NCBI GenBank assembly: GCA_963713825.1
Contig: CAVQNG010000005.1
Location: 288,001-352,000 of the forward strand
Origin: an uncultured Acidobacteriota bacterium
GTDB taxonomy: Bacteria > Acidobacteriota > Thermoanaerobaculia > Multivoradales > JAHEKO01
DNA length: 64,000 nucleotides
Direction: 5' to 3'
Positions within the stretch are counted from its first letter, which is position 1; every line of letters starts with the position of its first letter. The translations under genes and the position numbers were made by a program. Shown piece by piece: positions 49,505 to 58,653 of this stretch. The notes beneath the pieces were generated by a model. It had not been told where the DNA came from and did not search any database. It worked only from the letters and a program-made list of their open reading frames with translations.

Positions 49505-50728
49505 ATGGTCAAAGCGCTAGAACCAGAGGCGGCCCAGAGACTTCTGGAGTTGAAGGACCGGGCTCTCGCGTCGACGGCGGAAGGAGTGACGATCTCCGAC
49601 TGCAGCCTGCCGGGGAATCCGATCATCTATGCGAACGAGGGCTTCGAGCGCATCACGGGCTATACGGTTGCCGACGTCGTGGGGCGCAATTGTCGTTTCC
49701 TGCAAGGGGAAGACACCGATCCCGAGGCAATTGAAGAAATCCGCCGTGGTTTGCGGGAGAACCGGGAGCTGACGGTCGAGATCCTCAACTATCGCAATGA
49801 CGGAACGCCGTTCTGGAATCGCCTTTCCATCGATCCGGTTCGCGATGCAGAAGGCAGGGTCACGAACTACATTGGCATTCAGGTCGATATTACGGAGCGC
49901 AGGCTGGCGGAAGAGGCTCTGCAGCGTGCCAAGGACGATCTCGAATCGGCCAATCAGCGGATGCAGCGGAACCTACAGGCCGCGGTCCGGGTTCAGCAGG
50001 CTCTCCTGCCTTCCTCGACTCCCGATGTCCCCGGAGTAGAATTCGCCTGGCGGCTGGATCCCTGCACCGAGCTGGCTGGCGATTTTCTGAATTTCTACCG
50101 CTTGGCCGACAACCTGGCGGGCGCCTACGTTCTGGATGTCAGTGGTCACGGAGTTGCGGCTTCACTGCTCTCGGTCACCGTCAGCCGAATGCTCTCGGGT
50201 ACCTCTCGACAGTCGGTACTGTTCGATGCCGCTGGTGGGCCTGACCTACGGAACCCCGCCTCGCCGTCTCAGGTGGCGGAGAAGCTCAATGAGTTGTTTC
50301 CCTTCGATCCCCGAACGGCTCAGTTCTTCACCCTGCTATATGGCCTCGTGGATACGAGCGATCGGACCTTCCGATACGTCTCGGCCGGCCACCTGCCGCC
50401 GATTCGGGTGCCCAAGCGGGGCGAGCCAACGCAGCTCGATTCAGATGGGAAGCCAATCGGGTTGTTTCCAGACTCCGCATGGGAGGACAGGACAGCCCAG
50501 CTGGATGACGGAGATCGGGTGTATGTCTACACGGATGGCCTGGTCGAAGCGGAGAGCAGGCAGGGCGTCGAGTTTGGCGTCGACCGGTTGACCGAGCTAC
50601 TGGCATCGCTGCGAAACGAGCCGCTCGACACCGGATTGGATCGGGCGCTGCAGTCGGTGGATGCCTGGACGGGCCCGACGCCTCTCGAAGACGACGCCTC
50701 GATCCTCGCGATCGAGTTCACAGGCTGA
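49505..50728 (+). CDS. LOV-domain photoreceptor fused to a SpoIIE/PP2C phosphatase
   Basis: NPIIYANEGFERITGY...GRNCRFLQG...NYRNDGTPFWN (LOV); coiled coil; AGDF, DVSGHGVAA, SAGH, YTDGLVE, EDDAS (PP2C). Confidence 0.92.
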   Translation: MVKALEPEAAQRLLELKDRALASTAEGVTISDCSLPGNPIIYANEGFERITGYTVADVVGRNCRFLQGEDTDPEAIEEIRRGLRENRELTVEILNYRNDGTPFWNRLSIDPVRDAEGRVTNYIGIQVDITERRLAEEALQRAKDDLESANQRMQRNLQAAVRVQQALLPSSTPDVPGVEFAWRLDPCTELAGDFLNFYRLADNLAGAYVLDVSGHGVAASLLSVTVSRMLSGTSRQSVLFDAAGGPDLRNPASPSQVAEKLNELFPFDPRTAQFFTLLYGLVDTSDRTFRYVSAGHLPPIRVPKRGEPTQLDSDGKPIGLFPDSAWEDRTAQLDDGDRVYVYTDGLVEAESRQGVEFGVDRLTELLASLRNEPLDTGLDRALQSVDAWTGPTPLEDDASILAIEFTG

Positions 50729-50759
50729 GAGTCGCGAGCTCTGCCAGCTCACCACTCGA

Positions 50760-50788
50760 TTGACAGGCCTTGCCGCCTCCAATAACCT
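50760..50788 (+). promoter_or_regulatory. sigma70 promoter of metH
   Basis: TTGACA-N17-TAACCT. Confidence 0.8.
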
Positions 50789-50790
50789 TT

Positions 50791-50940
50791 CGGCCAGCAT
50801 CCGGAGCGGTCCGGAGAGATCCGGACTCGGCAACCTGGGACGGACAACCAAGGTGCCATCTCGCTCCCCTGCGGCGACGTCGGTGAGCGAGGATGCGGCC
50901 GCCCTGTCAGGTTCAAGCAGGAGGCAACCAAGTGTCCGGC
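50791..50940 (+). ncRNA. SAM riboswitch, SAM-I/IV type
   Basis: P1 GCATCC/GGATGC; simple P2 GGTCCGGA-GAGA-TCCGGACT without kink-turn; P3 GGCAACC/GGTGCC; P4 TCGCTC/GAGCGA; loop CGGACA (50841-50846) pairs with 3' TGTCCG (50933-50938), forming PK-2. Confidence 0.85.
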
Positions 50941-50947
50941 AAAGGAT

Positions 50948-50986
50948 CCCGCTTTCGTGGTGCTCGCGAAGCGGGCTGTTTTTTTT
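50948..50986 (+). terminator. Leader terminator (riboswitch expression platform)
   Basis: CCCGCTTTCG...GCGAAGCGGG followed by T8, upstream of the metH start. Confidence 0.85.
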
Positions 50987-51012
50987 GTGGCTGACATGGG
51001 AGCACATGGCCG

Positions 51013-54000
51013 ATGAATGACCTTCATTTCGACGTACCAATGCCTGAGTGCCCAGACGATCAGGAAGCGCGCACCCAGGCTCTCCTGGAGTCCCTGGAAG
51101 AACGGATTCTGGTCATGGATGGCGCTACGGGAACGGGATTGCAGGCCGAGCACCTGACAGCCGAGGATTTCGGTGGACCCGACCTCGAAGGCTGCAACGA
51201 GAATTTGTGCCTGACGCGGCCCGACGTGGTGCTGCGGCTGCATCAGCGCTATCTCGAAGCCGGCGCCGACATCGTGCAGACCAACAGCTTCGGTGGCACA
51301 CCGTTGGTACTGGCTGAGTACGACCTGGAGGCACAAGCCTACGATCTCAACAGGTTGGCGGCGGAGTTGGCCCGCGAAGCTGCCTGGCCCTTCTCGGTAC
51401 CCGCCAGGCCGCGCTTCGTGTGTGGCTCCATGGGACCGACCACCAAGGCCATTTCGGTGACGGGCGGAGTGACCTTCCAAGAGCTCATCGAGCACTATCG
51501 CGTCCAGGCCCTGGGTCTCATGGCGGGCGGGGCCGACTACCTTCTGCTCGAGACCTGCCAGGACACCCGAAACATCAAGGCGGGTCTGCTGGCCCTCGAC
51601 CAGGCGTTCAGCCAGGCGGGCTGGCGAGTGCCCGTGGCGGTGTCGGTGACGATCGAGACCACCGGGACCATGTTGGCAGGGCAGGACGCCGAGGCTCTTG
51701 CTGTCTCCCTGATGCACGCCGAGTTGTTGTACCTGGGCCTCAACTGCGCGACAGGGCCGGAGCTCATGACCGACTCGTTGAGGACCCTATCCGAGCTGGC
51801 TCGCACCCGTGTCGGCTGTGTTCCGAACGCGGGTCTGCCGGACGAGGATGGCATCTACCAGGAGTCGCCTGAGGACTTCCGGCGCATCTTCGAGCGCTTC
51901 CTCGATCACGGTTGGCTCAACATGGTGGGCGGTTGTTGTGGGACCACGAACGAGCATGTGACAGCGCTGGCGGAGCTGGTGAAAGGGGCCAAGCCGCGAG
52001 CTCTGCCTCACCATCAGCGCAGCTTCATCTCAGGGATCGAGGCGGTCGAGTTGACGATCGACAATCGGCCGCTCTTCGTCGGCGAGCGCACCAACGTGCT
52101 CGGCAGCCGCAAGTTCAAGCGCCTCATCGCCGAAGGCGAGATCGAAGCGGCGGCGGAGATCGGCCGGGGCCAGGCCCGCGCCGGGGCGCAGGCGATCGAC
52201 ATCTGCATGCAGGACCCCGACCGAGACGAGGTCACCGACATGGAACGGTTCCTGGATCAGCTCACGCGGATGGTCAAAGTGCCTCTGATGATCGACACGA
52301 CCGACGCCGAGGTCATGGAGCAGGCGCTGACCTGGTGCCAGGGGAAGGCGGTTCTCAATTCCATCAATCTGGAAGAAGGGCGGACCCGTTTCGAGCGAGT
52401 GATCCCTCTGGCCAGGCAGTATGGGGCCGCTGCCATCGTCGGGATGATCGACGAAACGGGCATGGCTGTGAGTGTGGATCGCAAGCTCGAGGTCGCCAGG
52501 CGCAGCTACCAGATCTTGACCGAGGAAATGGACTTTGCTCCCGAAGACATCTGGTTCGATGCTCTGGTCTTCCCGTGTGGCACTGGAGACGAGAACTACA
52601 TCGGCTCTGCGGCGACCACCATCGAAGGGGTGCGGCAGATCAAGTCGGAGTTTCCCCTGGCTCGCACCGTGCTGGGGATCTCCAACGTCAGCTTCGGCCT
52701 TCCGCTAGCCGGCCGTGAGGTCTTGAACGCGGTTTTTCTGTACCACAACACCCAGGCCGGTCTCGATGCCGCCCTGGTCAATACGCAACGGCTGGCCCGC
52801 TTCGCCGACATTCCCGAAGCAGAACGGCGCCTGGCCGAGTCCCTCATCTTCCTCGATCTGGGGGATGTGGCGGCCAGCGAGAAAGCAGTAGCCGAATTCG
52901 CAGAGTACTTCCGGGACCAGGATTCGAGGGTAGTTTCCACGCCCCGGGCCGAGCTGCCGCTGGACGAGCGCCTGGCACGCTCGGTGGTCGAAGGGTCCAA
53001 GGAAGGCCTGGTCGAAGACTTGGGGGTAGCACTCGAGGATCCGAGTTGGCCGCAGCCCCTGGACATCATCAACGGGCCACTCATGGTGGGTATGGCCGAG
53101 GTGGGACGTCTCTTCAACGAGAACCAGTTGATCGTCGCAGAGGTTCTGCAGAGCGCCGAAGTCATGAAGGCCGCTGTGGGCTTTCTGGAGCCCCACATGG
53201 AGCGGCAAGAGGGGACGAGCCGAGGCAAGATCCTGCTAGCGACCGTCAAAGGCGACGTCCACGACATCGGCAAGAACCTGGTCGAAATCATCCTCTCCAA
53301 CAACGGCTACGACGTGGTCAATCTCGGGATCAAGGTTCCCAGCGAGAGGATCATTCAGGCCGTGCAGGAGCACCAGCCGGATGTCTTGGGTCTGTCTGGC
53401 CTGCTGGTGAAGAGTGCCCAGATGATGGTGACTACGGCTGACGATCTGTCGGTGGTGGATATCGACGTTCCGCTGATCGTGGGTGGTGCGGCTCTCACTC
53501 GACGCTTCACCCACAAGAAGATCGCCGCCACGTATGGCGGCTTCTGCACCTACGCCAAGGACGCCATGCACGGTCTCTCTCTAGTGCAGCGAATCACCGA
53601 TCCGGGACAGCGGCCCGAGTTGGAGTCGGAAGTCAGGGAGTTGATCGCTCGAGATCGGCAGGCCGAGACTGCGCCGACGCCATTCGAAGCGATGGGGAGC
53701 ACGCGATGCTCCGCGGTTGACATCGATCTCGATCCCCCGGCGCCACCGCATCTGGACAGGATCGTGGAGGAGCTGGATCTGGACGAAGTCTGGCCCCTGG
53801 TGAACCCCCAGATGCTCTACGGCAAGCACCTGGGGCTCAAGGCCTCGGTCAAGCAGTTGGAGGCCAAGCACGACCCGAAGCTCGCCCACCTGAAAGGGGT
53901 TATTGGGGAGATTCAGGAGGTGGCGCGATCCGGCGCCATGAAGGCCCGAGCGGTCTGGCAGTTCTTGGAAGCTGCCAGCGATGGCAACCGACTGCTTCTG

Positions 54001-54507
54001 CTGGACCCCGGGACCGGCAAGGCAGTGGTGGAATGGAGTTTCCCTCGACAGCGAGGGACCGATGGCCTTGGCTTGCCCGACTACGTGATGCCGCAAGGCG
54101 ACCATGTGGCTCTCTTCGTCACTACGGCGGGTGATGGCGTAATGGAGCAGGTGGAGCAATGGAAGCAGGAAGGGGAGTTCTTGAAGAGCCACGCTCTAGC
54201 TGCCTTGGCGTTGGAGACCGCGGAAGCGGCGGCTGAGCTCGTGCACCGGAAGCTGCGGGCCGTTTGGGGCTTTTCTGATGCCCAGGAGATGACGCTCCAA
54301 GACCTCTTCGCCGGTCGCTACCGAGGGAAGCGCTACAGTTTCGGCTACCCTGCCTGTCCCGACCTGTCGATGCAGCGAGAGCTCTTCTCGACCCTGCGAC
54401 CAGAGGAGATCGGGGTGCGACTCACGGAAGGCGACATGATGGAGCCCGAGGCCAGTGTCTCGGCCCTGGTCTTCCATCATCCGCAAGCGCGCTATTTCGG
54501 AGTCTAG
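51013..54507 (+). CDS. metH: Cobalamin-dependent methionine synthase
   Basis: DGATGT, GLNC, GGCCGT, VGERTN, GDVHDIGKN, SFGYPACPD. Confidence 0.97.
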   Translation: MNDLHFDVPMPECPDDQEARTQALLESLEERILVMDGATGTGLQAEHLTAEDFGGPDLEGCNENLCLTRPDVVLRLHQRYLEAGADIVQTNSFGGTPLVLAEYDLEAQAYDLNRLAAELAREAAWPFSVPARPRFVCGSMGPTTKAISVTGGVTFQELIEHYRVQALGLMAGGADYLLLETCQDTRNIKAGLLALDQAFSQAGWRVPVAVSVTIETTGTMLAGQDAEALAVSLMHAELLYLGLNCATGPELMTDSLRTLSELARTRVGCVPNAGLPDEDGIYQESPEDFRRIFERFLDHGWLNMVGGCCGTTNEHVTALAELVKGAKPRALPHHQRSFISGIEAVELTIDNRPLFVGERTNVLGSRKFKRLIAEGEIEAAAEIGRGQARAGAQAIDICMQDPDRDEVTDMERFLDQLTRMVKVPLMIDTTDAEVMEQALTWCQGKAVLNSINLEEGRTRFERVIPLARQYGAAAIVGMIDETGMAVSVDRKLEVARRSYQILTEEMDFAPEDIWFDALVFPCGTGDENYIGSAATTIEGVRQIKSEFPLARTVLGISNVSFGLPLAGREVLNAVFLYHNTQAGLDAALVNTQRLARFADIPEAERRLAESLIFLDLGDVAASEKAVAEFAEYFRDQDSRVVSTPRAELPLDERLARSVVEGSKEGLVEDLGVALEDPSWPQPLDIINGPLMVGMAEVGRLFNENQLIVAEVLQSAEVMKAAVGFLEPHMERQEGTSRGKILLATVKGDVHDIGKNLVEIILSNNGYDVVNLGIKVPSERIIQAVQEHQPDVLGLSGLLVKSAQMMVTTADDLSVVDIDVPLIVGGAALTRRFTHKKIAATYGGFCTYAKDAMHGLSLVQRITDPGQRPELESEVRELIARDRQAETAPTPFEAMGSTRCSAVDIDLDPPAPPHLDRIVEELDLDEVWPLVNPQMLYGKHLGLKASVKQLEAKHDPKLAHLKGVIGEIQEVARSGAMKARAVWQFLEAASDGNRLLLLDPGTGKAVVEWSFPRQRGTDGLGLPDYVMPQGDHVALFVTTAGDGVMEQVEQWKQEGEFLKSHALAALALETAEAAAELVHRKLRAVWGFSDAQEMTLQDLFAGRYRGKRYSFGYPACPDLSMQRELFSTLRPEEIGVRLTEGDMMEPEASVSALVFHHPQARYFGV

Positions 54508-54534
54508 GCCTGACGAGGTAGGCTTGCCCTCGCG

Positions 54535-55287
54535 ATGCGGTTCATCGATCTACACTGCCATCTGCTGCCGGGTATCGACGACGGGTCGAGCTCCATCGTG
54601 GAGACCGTCGAGATGCTGCGGATCGCGCATCAGCGAGGAACGCGAGGCATCGTGGCAACGCCTCACGTCTTCCAGCCGATGTTCGCTACCCGCAGCCAGG
54701 TCGCCTTGTGTGGCTCCTTCTCTCGCATGACGGAAGAGCTGACAGACATGGCCTCCTACTCGGATCACTCGTTCTTGGAGGAGATCGAGGTTCACCTGGG
54801 CTCGGAGAACCTCGTCACTCCGGAGTTTCTGCAGGCGCTGGAGGAGAGCAAGGTCCTGACCTTGGGCGGCAGTCGCTACCTTCTGGTGGAGTTTCCTCTC
54901 TTCATGCCGTTTCCGCTGATCGTCTCGGCTGTGAATCAGATTCTCGAACGAGAGATGATTCCTGTACTCGCGCACGTAGAGCGCTATGAGGCCTTTCATG
55001 AGGAACTGGAGCGGTTGGACGACCTGAGGAACAGAGGATGTGTGATTCAGGTCAATGCCGAGGCCTTCGGCAATGGACACTCGAACGAGAGGTCCGAGCT
55101 GGCTCTAGCACTGGCCAAGAGCGGGCTCGTGGACGTCATCGCGTCCGACGGTCACGATCTCAAGGTCCGTCCACCTGATTTGAGCGGGGCCTTCGAGCGA
55201 CTTTCGAAGGAGTTCCCCGAGGCCACCGTCAACCAGTGGATGTCGGAGAATCCGGCCCGAATTCTGGGCGATCAGGATTTAGCCTGA
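54535..55287 (+). CDS. PHP-family tyrosine phosphatase (CpsB/CapC/YwqE-like)
   Basis: DLHCHLLPGIDDG, ATPH, LAHVERY, ASDGH. Confidence 0.92.
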   Translation: MRFIDLHCHLLPGIDDGSSSIVETVEMLRIAHQRGTRGIVATPHVFQPMFATRSQVALCGSFSRMTEELTDMASYSDHSFLEEIEVHLGSENLVTPEFLQALEESKVLTLGGSRYLLVEFPLFMPFPLIVSAVNQILEREMIPVLAHVERYEAFHEELERLDDLRNRGCVIQVNAEAFGNGHSNERSELALALAKSGLVDVIASDGHDLKVRPPDLSGAFERLSKEFPEATVNQWMSENPARILGDQDLA

Positions 55288-55371
55288 AGGTCACTACTCG
55301 GCCTAGGGGAGGGTCTTGACCCCGCCCGAGGCACTCGCATTCGAGTACCGTCAAACCGTTTGGAGGATTTC

Positions 55372-56106
55372 TTAGGGCGTAGTCGGACTGGCCGACTTCT
55401 CGTCGTCGTCGTCGATCAGCAGATACAAGCCGGCTGCCGCGCCGACGCCCGCGCCGACCTTCCACCAGATTGCGGCGGGCGGTCTACAGTCACAGGTCAG
55501 ATCGAGAGGGTTGCGATCCTTGCAGGCGAGGTAGGCCGTCTTGCCGACATAGGTCGGTGCCACACTCGCCGCCACTTCGAGAAGCTGCCAAGCGCAGTCA
55601 GCCTCTTTGCGGTTCGGCCCGGTGCAGGCCTGCCAGAGTTCTGCGCTCCAATCCTGGAGCTCGCAGAGGCGCTCGGTATCCTCAGCCGAAGCCGACTCCG
55701 AGACGCGTGCTCCCTCCTGGATCTGGCCCTCCTGATCGAGCTGTAGAGCGTTGCTGGCGGTCAGGAACGCAACCTCTCCGGAGCCATCGGTATAGGCCAC
55801 GCTGCCGGAGCGCACGTCCAGGCGAACATCGGCACCGACGCTTGCCACCACGGCATCGGTCTTCTCGGAGAAAGCCAGGACGCGGCCATTGCTCAGATGC
55901 ACGATGGCAGGCGTCACACCGGTCTCCACCCGTGCCGGGCTCAGCAGGGTCGTACCGGAAGGAACACGGACCCCATCTACCTTGGCTCCGGCGGTCGCCG
56001 TCTGGCCAATTGCGATCGCTGCCACGCCAGGTGAGGCGAACAGGACGATAGCTCCGGCGAGTGCCAGTAGCCGCCCGGAGAATCCTGGAAGTCCTTTGTT
56101 GATCAC
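55372..56106 (-). CDS. Hypothetical exported protein: beta-rich N-domain, Cys-rich segment, C-terminal TM and acidic SPxxP tail
   Basis: Signal peptide, GGAGGG SD before GTG, six Cys, WWKVGAGVGAAAGLYLLIDDDDEKSASPTTP. Confidence 0.7.
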   Translation of the reverse strand: MINKGLPGFSGRLLALAGAIVLFASPGVAAIAIGQTATAGAKVDGVRVPSGTTLLSPARVETGVTPAIVHLSNGRVLAFSEKTDAVVASVGADVRLDVRSGSVAYTDGSGEVAFLTASNALQLDQEGQIQEGARVSESASAEDTERLCELQDWSAELWQACTGPNRKEADCAWQLLEVAASVAPTYVGKTAYLACKDRNPLDLTCDCRPPAAIWWKVGAGVGAAAGLYLLIDDDDEKSASPTTP

Positions 56107-56285
56107 TATTTACAAGTCTCCCTCCAGCCCAGTGTAAACCAGTCCAGGCCGGTATCGCAATGCACTTTTCGACAGGCTCTTTGCAGCCCCAATAGCGACG
56201 CGCTTCACACTGGACCGGCAGACCCTCTGGTACACTAAGCACTCAATTCAAGGGGCTTAACGCCCCCATTTTTCTGTCCCCTGGC

Positions 56286-58628
56286 ATGGCAGATCGACCT
56301 GACCCGACACCTGGCTCCAATCTACCTCTACCTTTTCAGGTCGGAGGAGGACTTCCTGCTCTCCGACAGGTGCCGCCGGCCTTCTATCCGGAGGAAGAGG
56401 AGGGGCTATCCCTTCAGCACTATCTGCACGTCCTCCTACGCCGAAAGTGGTTCCTGGCAGCTGTAGCCTTCACGATCGTCGTTCTGGCTGCCCTGCAAGT
56501 TTTCACCACGACGCCCATGTATCGGGCCACAGCTCGACTCCAGGTCGACCCGGAAGGCGACAAGATCGTCCCATTTCAGGAAGTCGCCGGGTCCGAGCTG
56601 GCTGGTGGCTGGTTCATTGAAAACTACATGTGGACCCAGACGGAGAATCTGCAGTCCCAAAGCCTGGCCCTGCGTGTTGTGGACAAGCTCGATCTGGCCG
56701 ACGATCCGGCCTTCAACACCAAGGTCCACCCCGGCGCTCTGGTGTCGCTCAAGAACGGACTCGCCAAGCTGGTGGGTGCTCCTTTCGGGATTGGCAGAGA
56801 GGCGTCGAGCGTCGAGCCCACCCCGGAAGTGAGGGACGCTGCGGCGGCTGCCAGGCTGACAGGCTCCGTCTCGGCTCAGCCGGTCCGCAATACCCGCTTG
56901 ATAGAGGTGAGCTACATTTCACCGGATCCCGAGCTTTCCGCCAGAGTCGTCAACGTCCTCACCGAAGAGTTTATCGAGCAGAACCTCCAGGGCAAGTTCG
57001 ACGCTACGAATCGCGCGAGCGAGTTTCTTCGCAAGCAGCTCGAGGAGCTGCAGATTCAGGTGGAGAAGACCGAACGGGAGCTACTGGACTACGCCAAACG
57101 CAACAACATAGTCAATCTCTCCGAGCGCGAGACCATCGCTCGTAAGCGCCTGGCCGATCTTTCTGATCAGCTCACAGAGACAGAGACTGGGCTGATCGCG
57201 GACCAGTCCCGCTACGAGGCTTCTCAATCGGCTACCCTGCAGGCCTTTCCTGAAGGCCTGAAGAATGACGCCATCTACCGCCTCGAGCAGCGCCTGTCCG
57301 AGGCCAAGAGCCGGCTGGCGGGCTTTTCCAGTCGCTACGGCCCCGAGTGGCCCGCAGTCAAGGAGACCCGCCTGGAGATCGCCGAGTTGGAGCAGCAGCT
57401 ACAGGCCGAGAAGCGCCAGGCCCTGACTTCCGCCCAACAGGACTACGAGCTGTCTCGCGACCGGCACAGCAAGCTCGAAGAGGCAGTGGAGAAGCAGCGT
57501 TTCTTGGTTGACGATCTCAACGAGAGCTCCATTCAGTACAACATCCTCGATCGCGAGGTGAACTCTAACAAAGAGCTGTACCAGGGCCTGCTGCAGCGCC
57601 TCAAGGAGGCAGGCGTGGCAGCCGGCCTGCGCTCCAGCAACATCCGAATCGCCGATGCGGCCGAACCTCCCAGCAGCCGTTCGACTCCTAGAAGAGGTAG
57701 GACGCTGGCCCTGGCCCTGATTCTGGGCTTGTTTCTGGGCACGGGCCTGGTCCTTCTGCTGGAGGTTCTGGACAACACCCTCAAGACACCCGACGACGTT
57801 ACTCAATATCTGGGCCTGCCCGCCCTTGGCACCGTACCCAGCCTGGCTGATTCCGCAAAAGGGCTGGATCGAGGGACTTGGCCGCTTCCGGAACGGGAAG
57901 TCACGGGATACCCTCGCTTGATCTATGACGAAGGCAAGCTACCCCACGCCAGGGCCTTGGAGGCCTATCGATCCCTGCGAACGGCTCTCCTGCTCTCCCA
58001 TTCCGGCAAGCCGCCGCAGACCATTCTCGTCACGTCCGCCTTGCCTGGCGAGGGGAAGAGCACGACCGCGGCCAATACGGCTATAGCGTTGGCACAGACG
58101 GGAGCGCGCACTCTCATCGTCGATCTCGACATGCGGAAGCCTTCGCTGGGTGAAGCTTTCGGGATCAATGCCGAGCAGGGGATGAGCACGTTCCTGTCCG
58201 GCATGTCCGACCTCTCCTCCCAGATTCGCGAGACCGGGTTACCGAACCTCATGATGGTTCCGGCCGGGCCCAGGGCACCGAATCCGGCGGAACTGATCGG
58301 CTCCAAGCGAATGGCAACCGGCATGCAGCTCATGCGGGAGTATTTCACCTACGTGGTGATCGATTCGCCGCCGGTTCTCGAGCTCAGCGATGGCATGGTC
58401 GTCTCCCAGTATGTGGATGGGGTCATCCTGGTGGCGCGAGGCGGCAAGACTCCGCGCAAGGCAGTGCAAAGGGCCAGTGACCAGCTCTTGCAGATCGGCG
58501 CCAAGCTCCTGGGCGTGCTGGTGAACAACGTGCGCCCCGGGCAGAGTGGTTACGGCTACTACGGCTCCATGGGCAGCTACTACGAGCGCTACTACAGCGA
58601 GTCCGACTCCAACCAGCGCACGGCTTGA
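56286..58628 (+). CDS. Polysaccharide co-polymerase/BY-kinase (Wzc-like)
   Basis: Wzz-like N-terminus, second TM, EAYRSLRT, PGEGKS, DLDMRKP, IDSPP, C-terminal Tyr cluster. Confidence 0.95.
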   Translation: MADRPDPTPGSNLPLPFQVGGGLPALRQVPPAFYPEEEEGLSLQHYLHVLLRRKWFLAAVAFTIVVLAALQVFTTTPMYRATARLQVDPEGDKIVPFQEVAGSELAGGWFIENYMWTQTENLQSQSLALRVVDKLDLADDPAFNTKVHPGALVSLKNGLAKLVGAPFGIGREASSVEPTPEVRDAAAAARLTGSVSAQPVRNTRLIEVSYISPDPELSARVVNVLTEEFIEQNLQGKFDATNRASEFLRKQLEELQIQVEKTERELLDYAKRNNIVNLSERETIARKRLADLSDQLTETETGLIADQSRYEASQSATLQAFPEGLKNDAIYRLEQRLSEAKSRLAGFSSRYGPEWPAVKETRLEIAELEQQLQAEKRQALTSAQQDYELSRDRHSKLEEAVEKQRFLVDDLNESSIQYNILDREVNSNKELYQGLLQRLKEAGVAAGLRSSNIRIADAAEPPSSRSTPRRGRTLALALILGLFLGTGLVLLLEVLDNTLKTPDDVTQYLGLPALGTVPSLADSAKGLDRGTWPLPEREVTGYPRLIYDEGKLPHARALEAYRSLRTALLLSHSGKPPQTILVTSALPGEGKSTTAANTAIALAQTGARTLIVDLDMRKPSLGEAFGINAEQGMSTFLSGMSDLSSQIRETGLPNLMMVPAGPRAPNPAELIGSKRMATGMQLMREYFTYVVIDSPPVLELSDGMVVSQYVDGVILVARGGKTPRKAVQRASDQLLQIGAKLLGVLVNNVRPGQSGYGYYGSMGSYYERYYSESDSNQRTA

Positions 58629-58653
58629 ATACTCGAGAAAGACGCGGCAAGTG

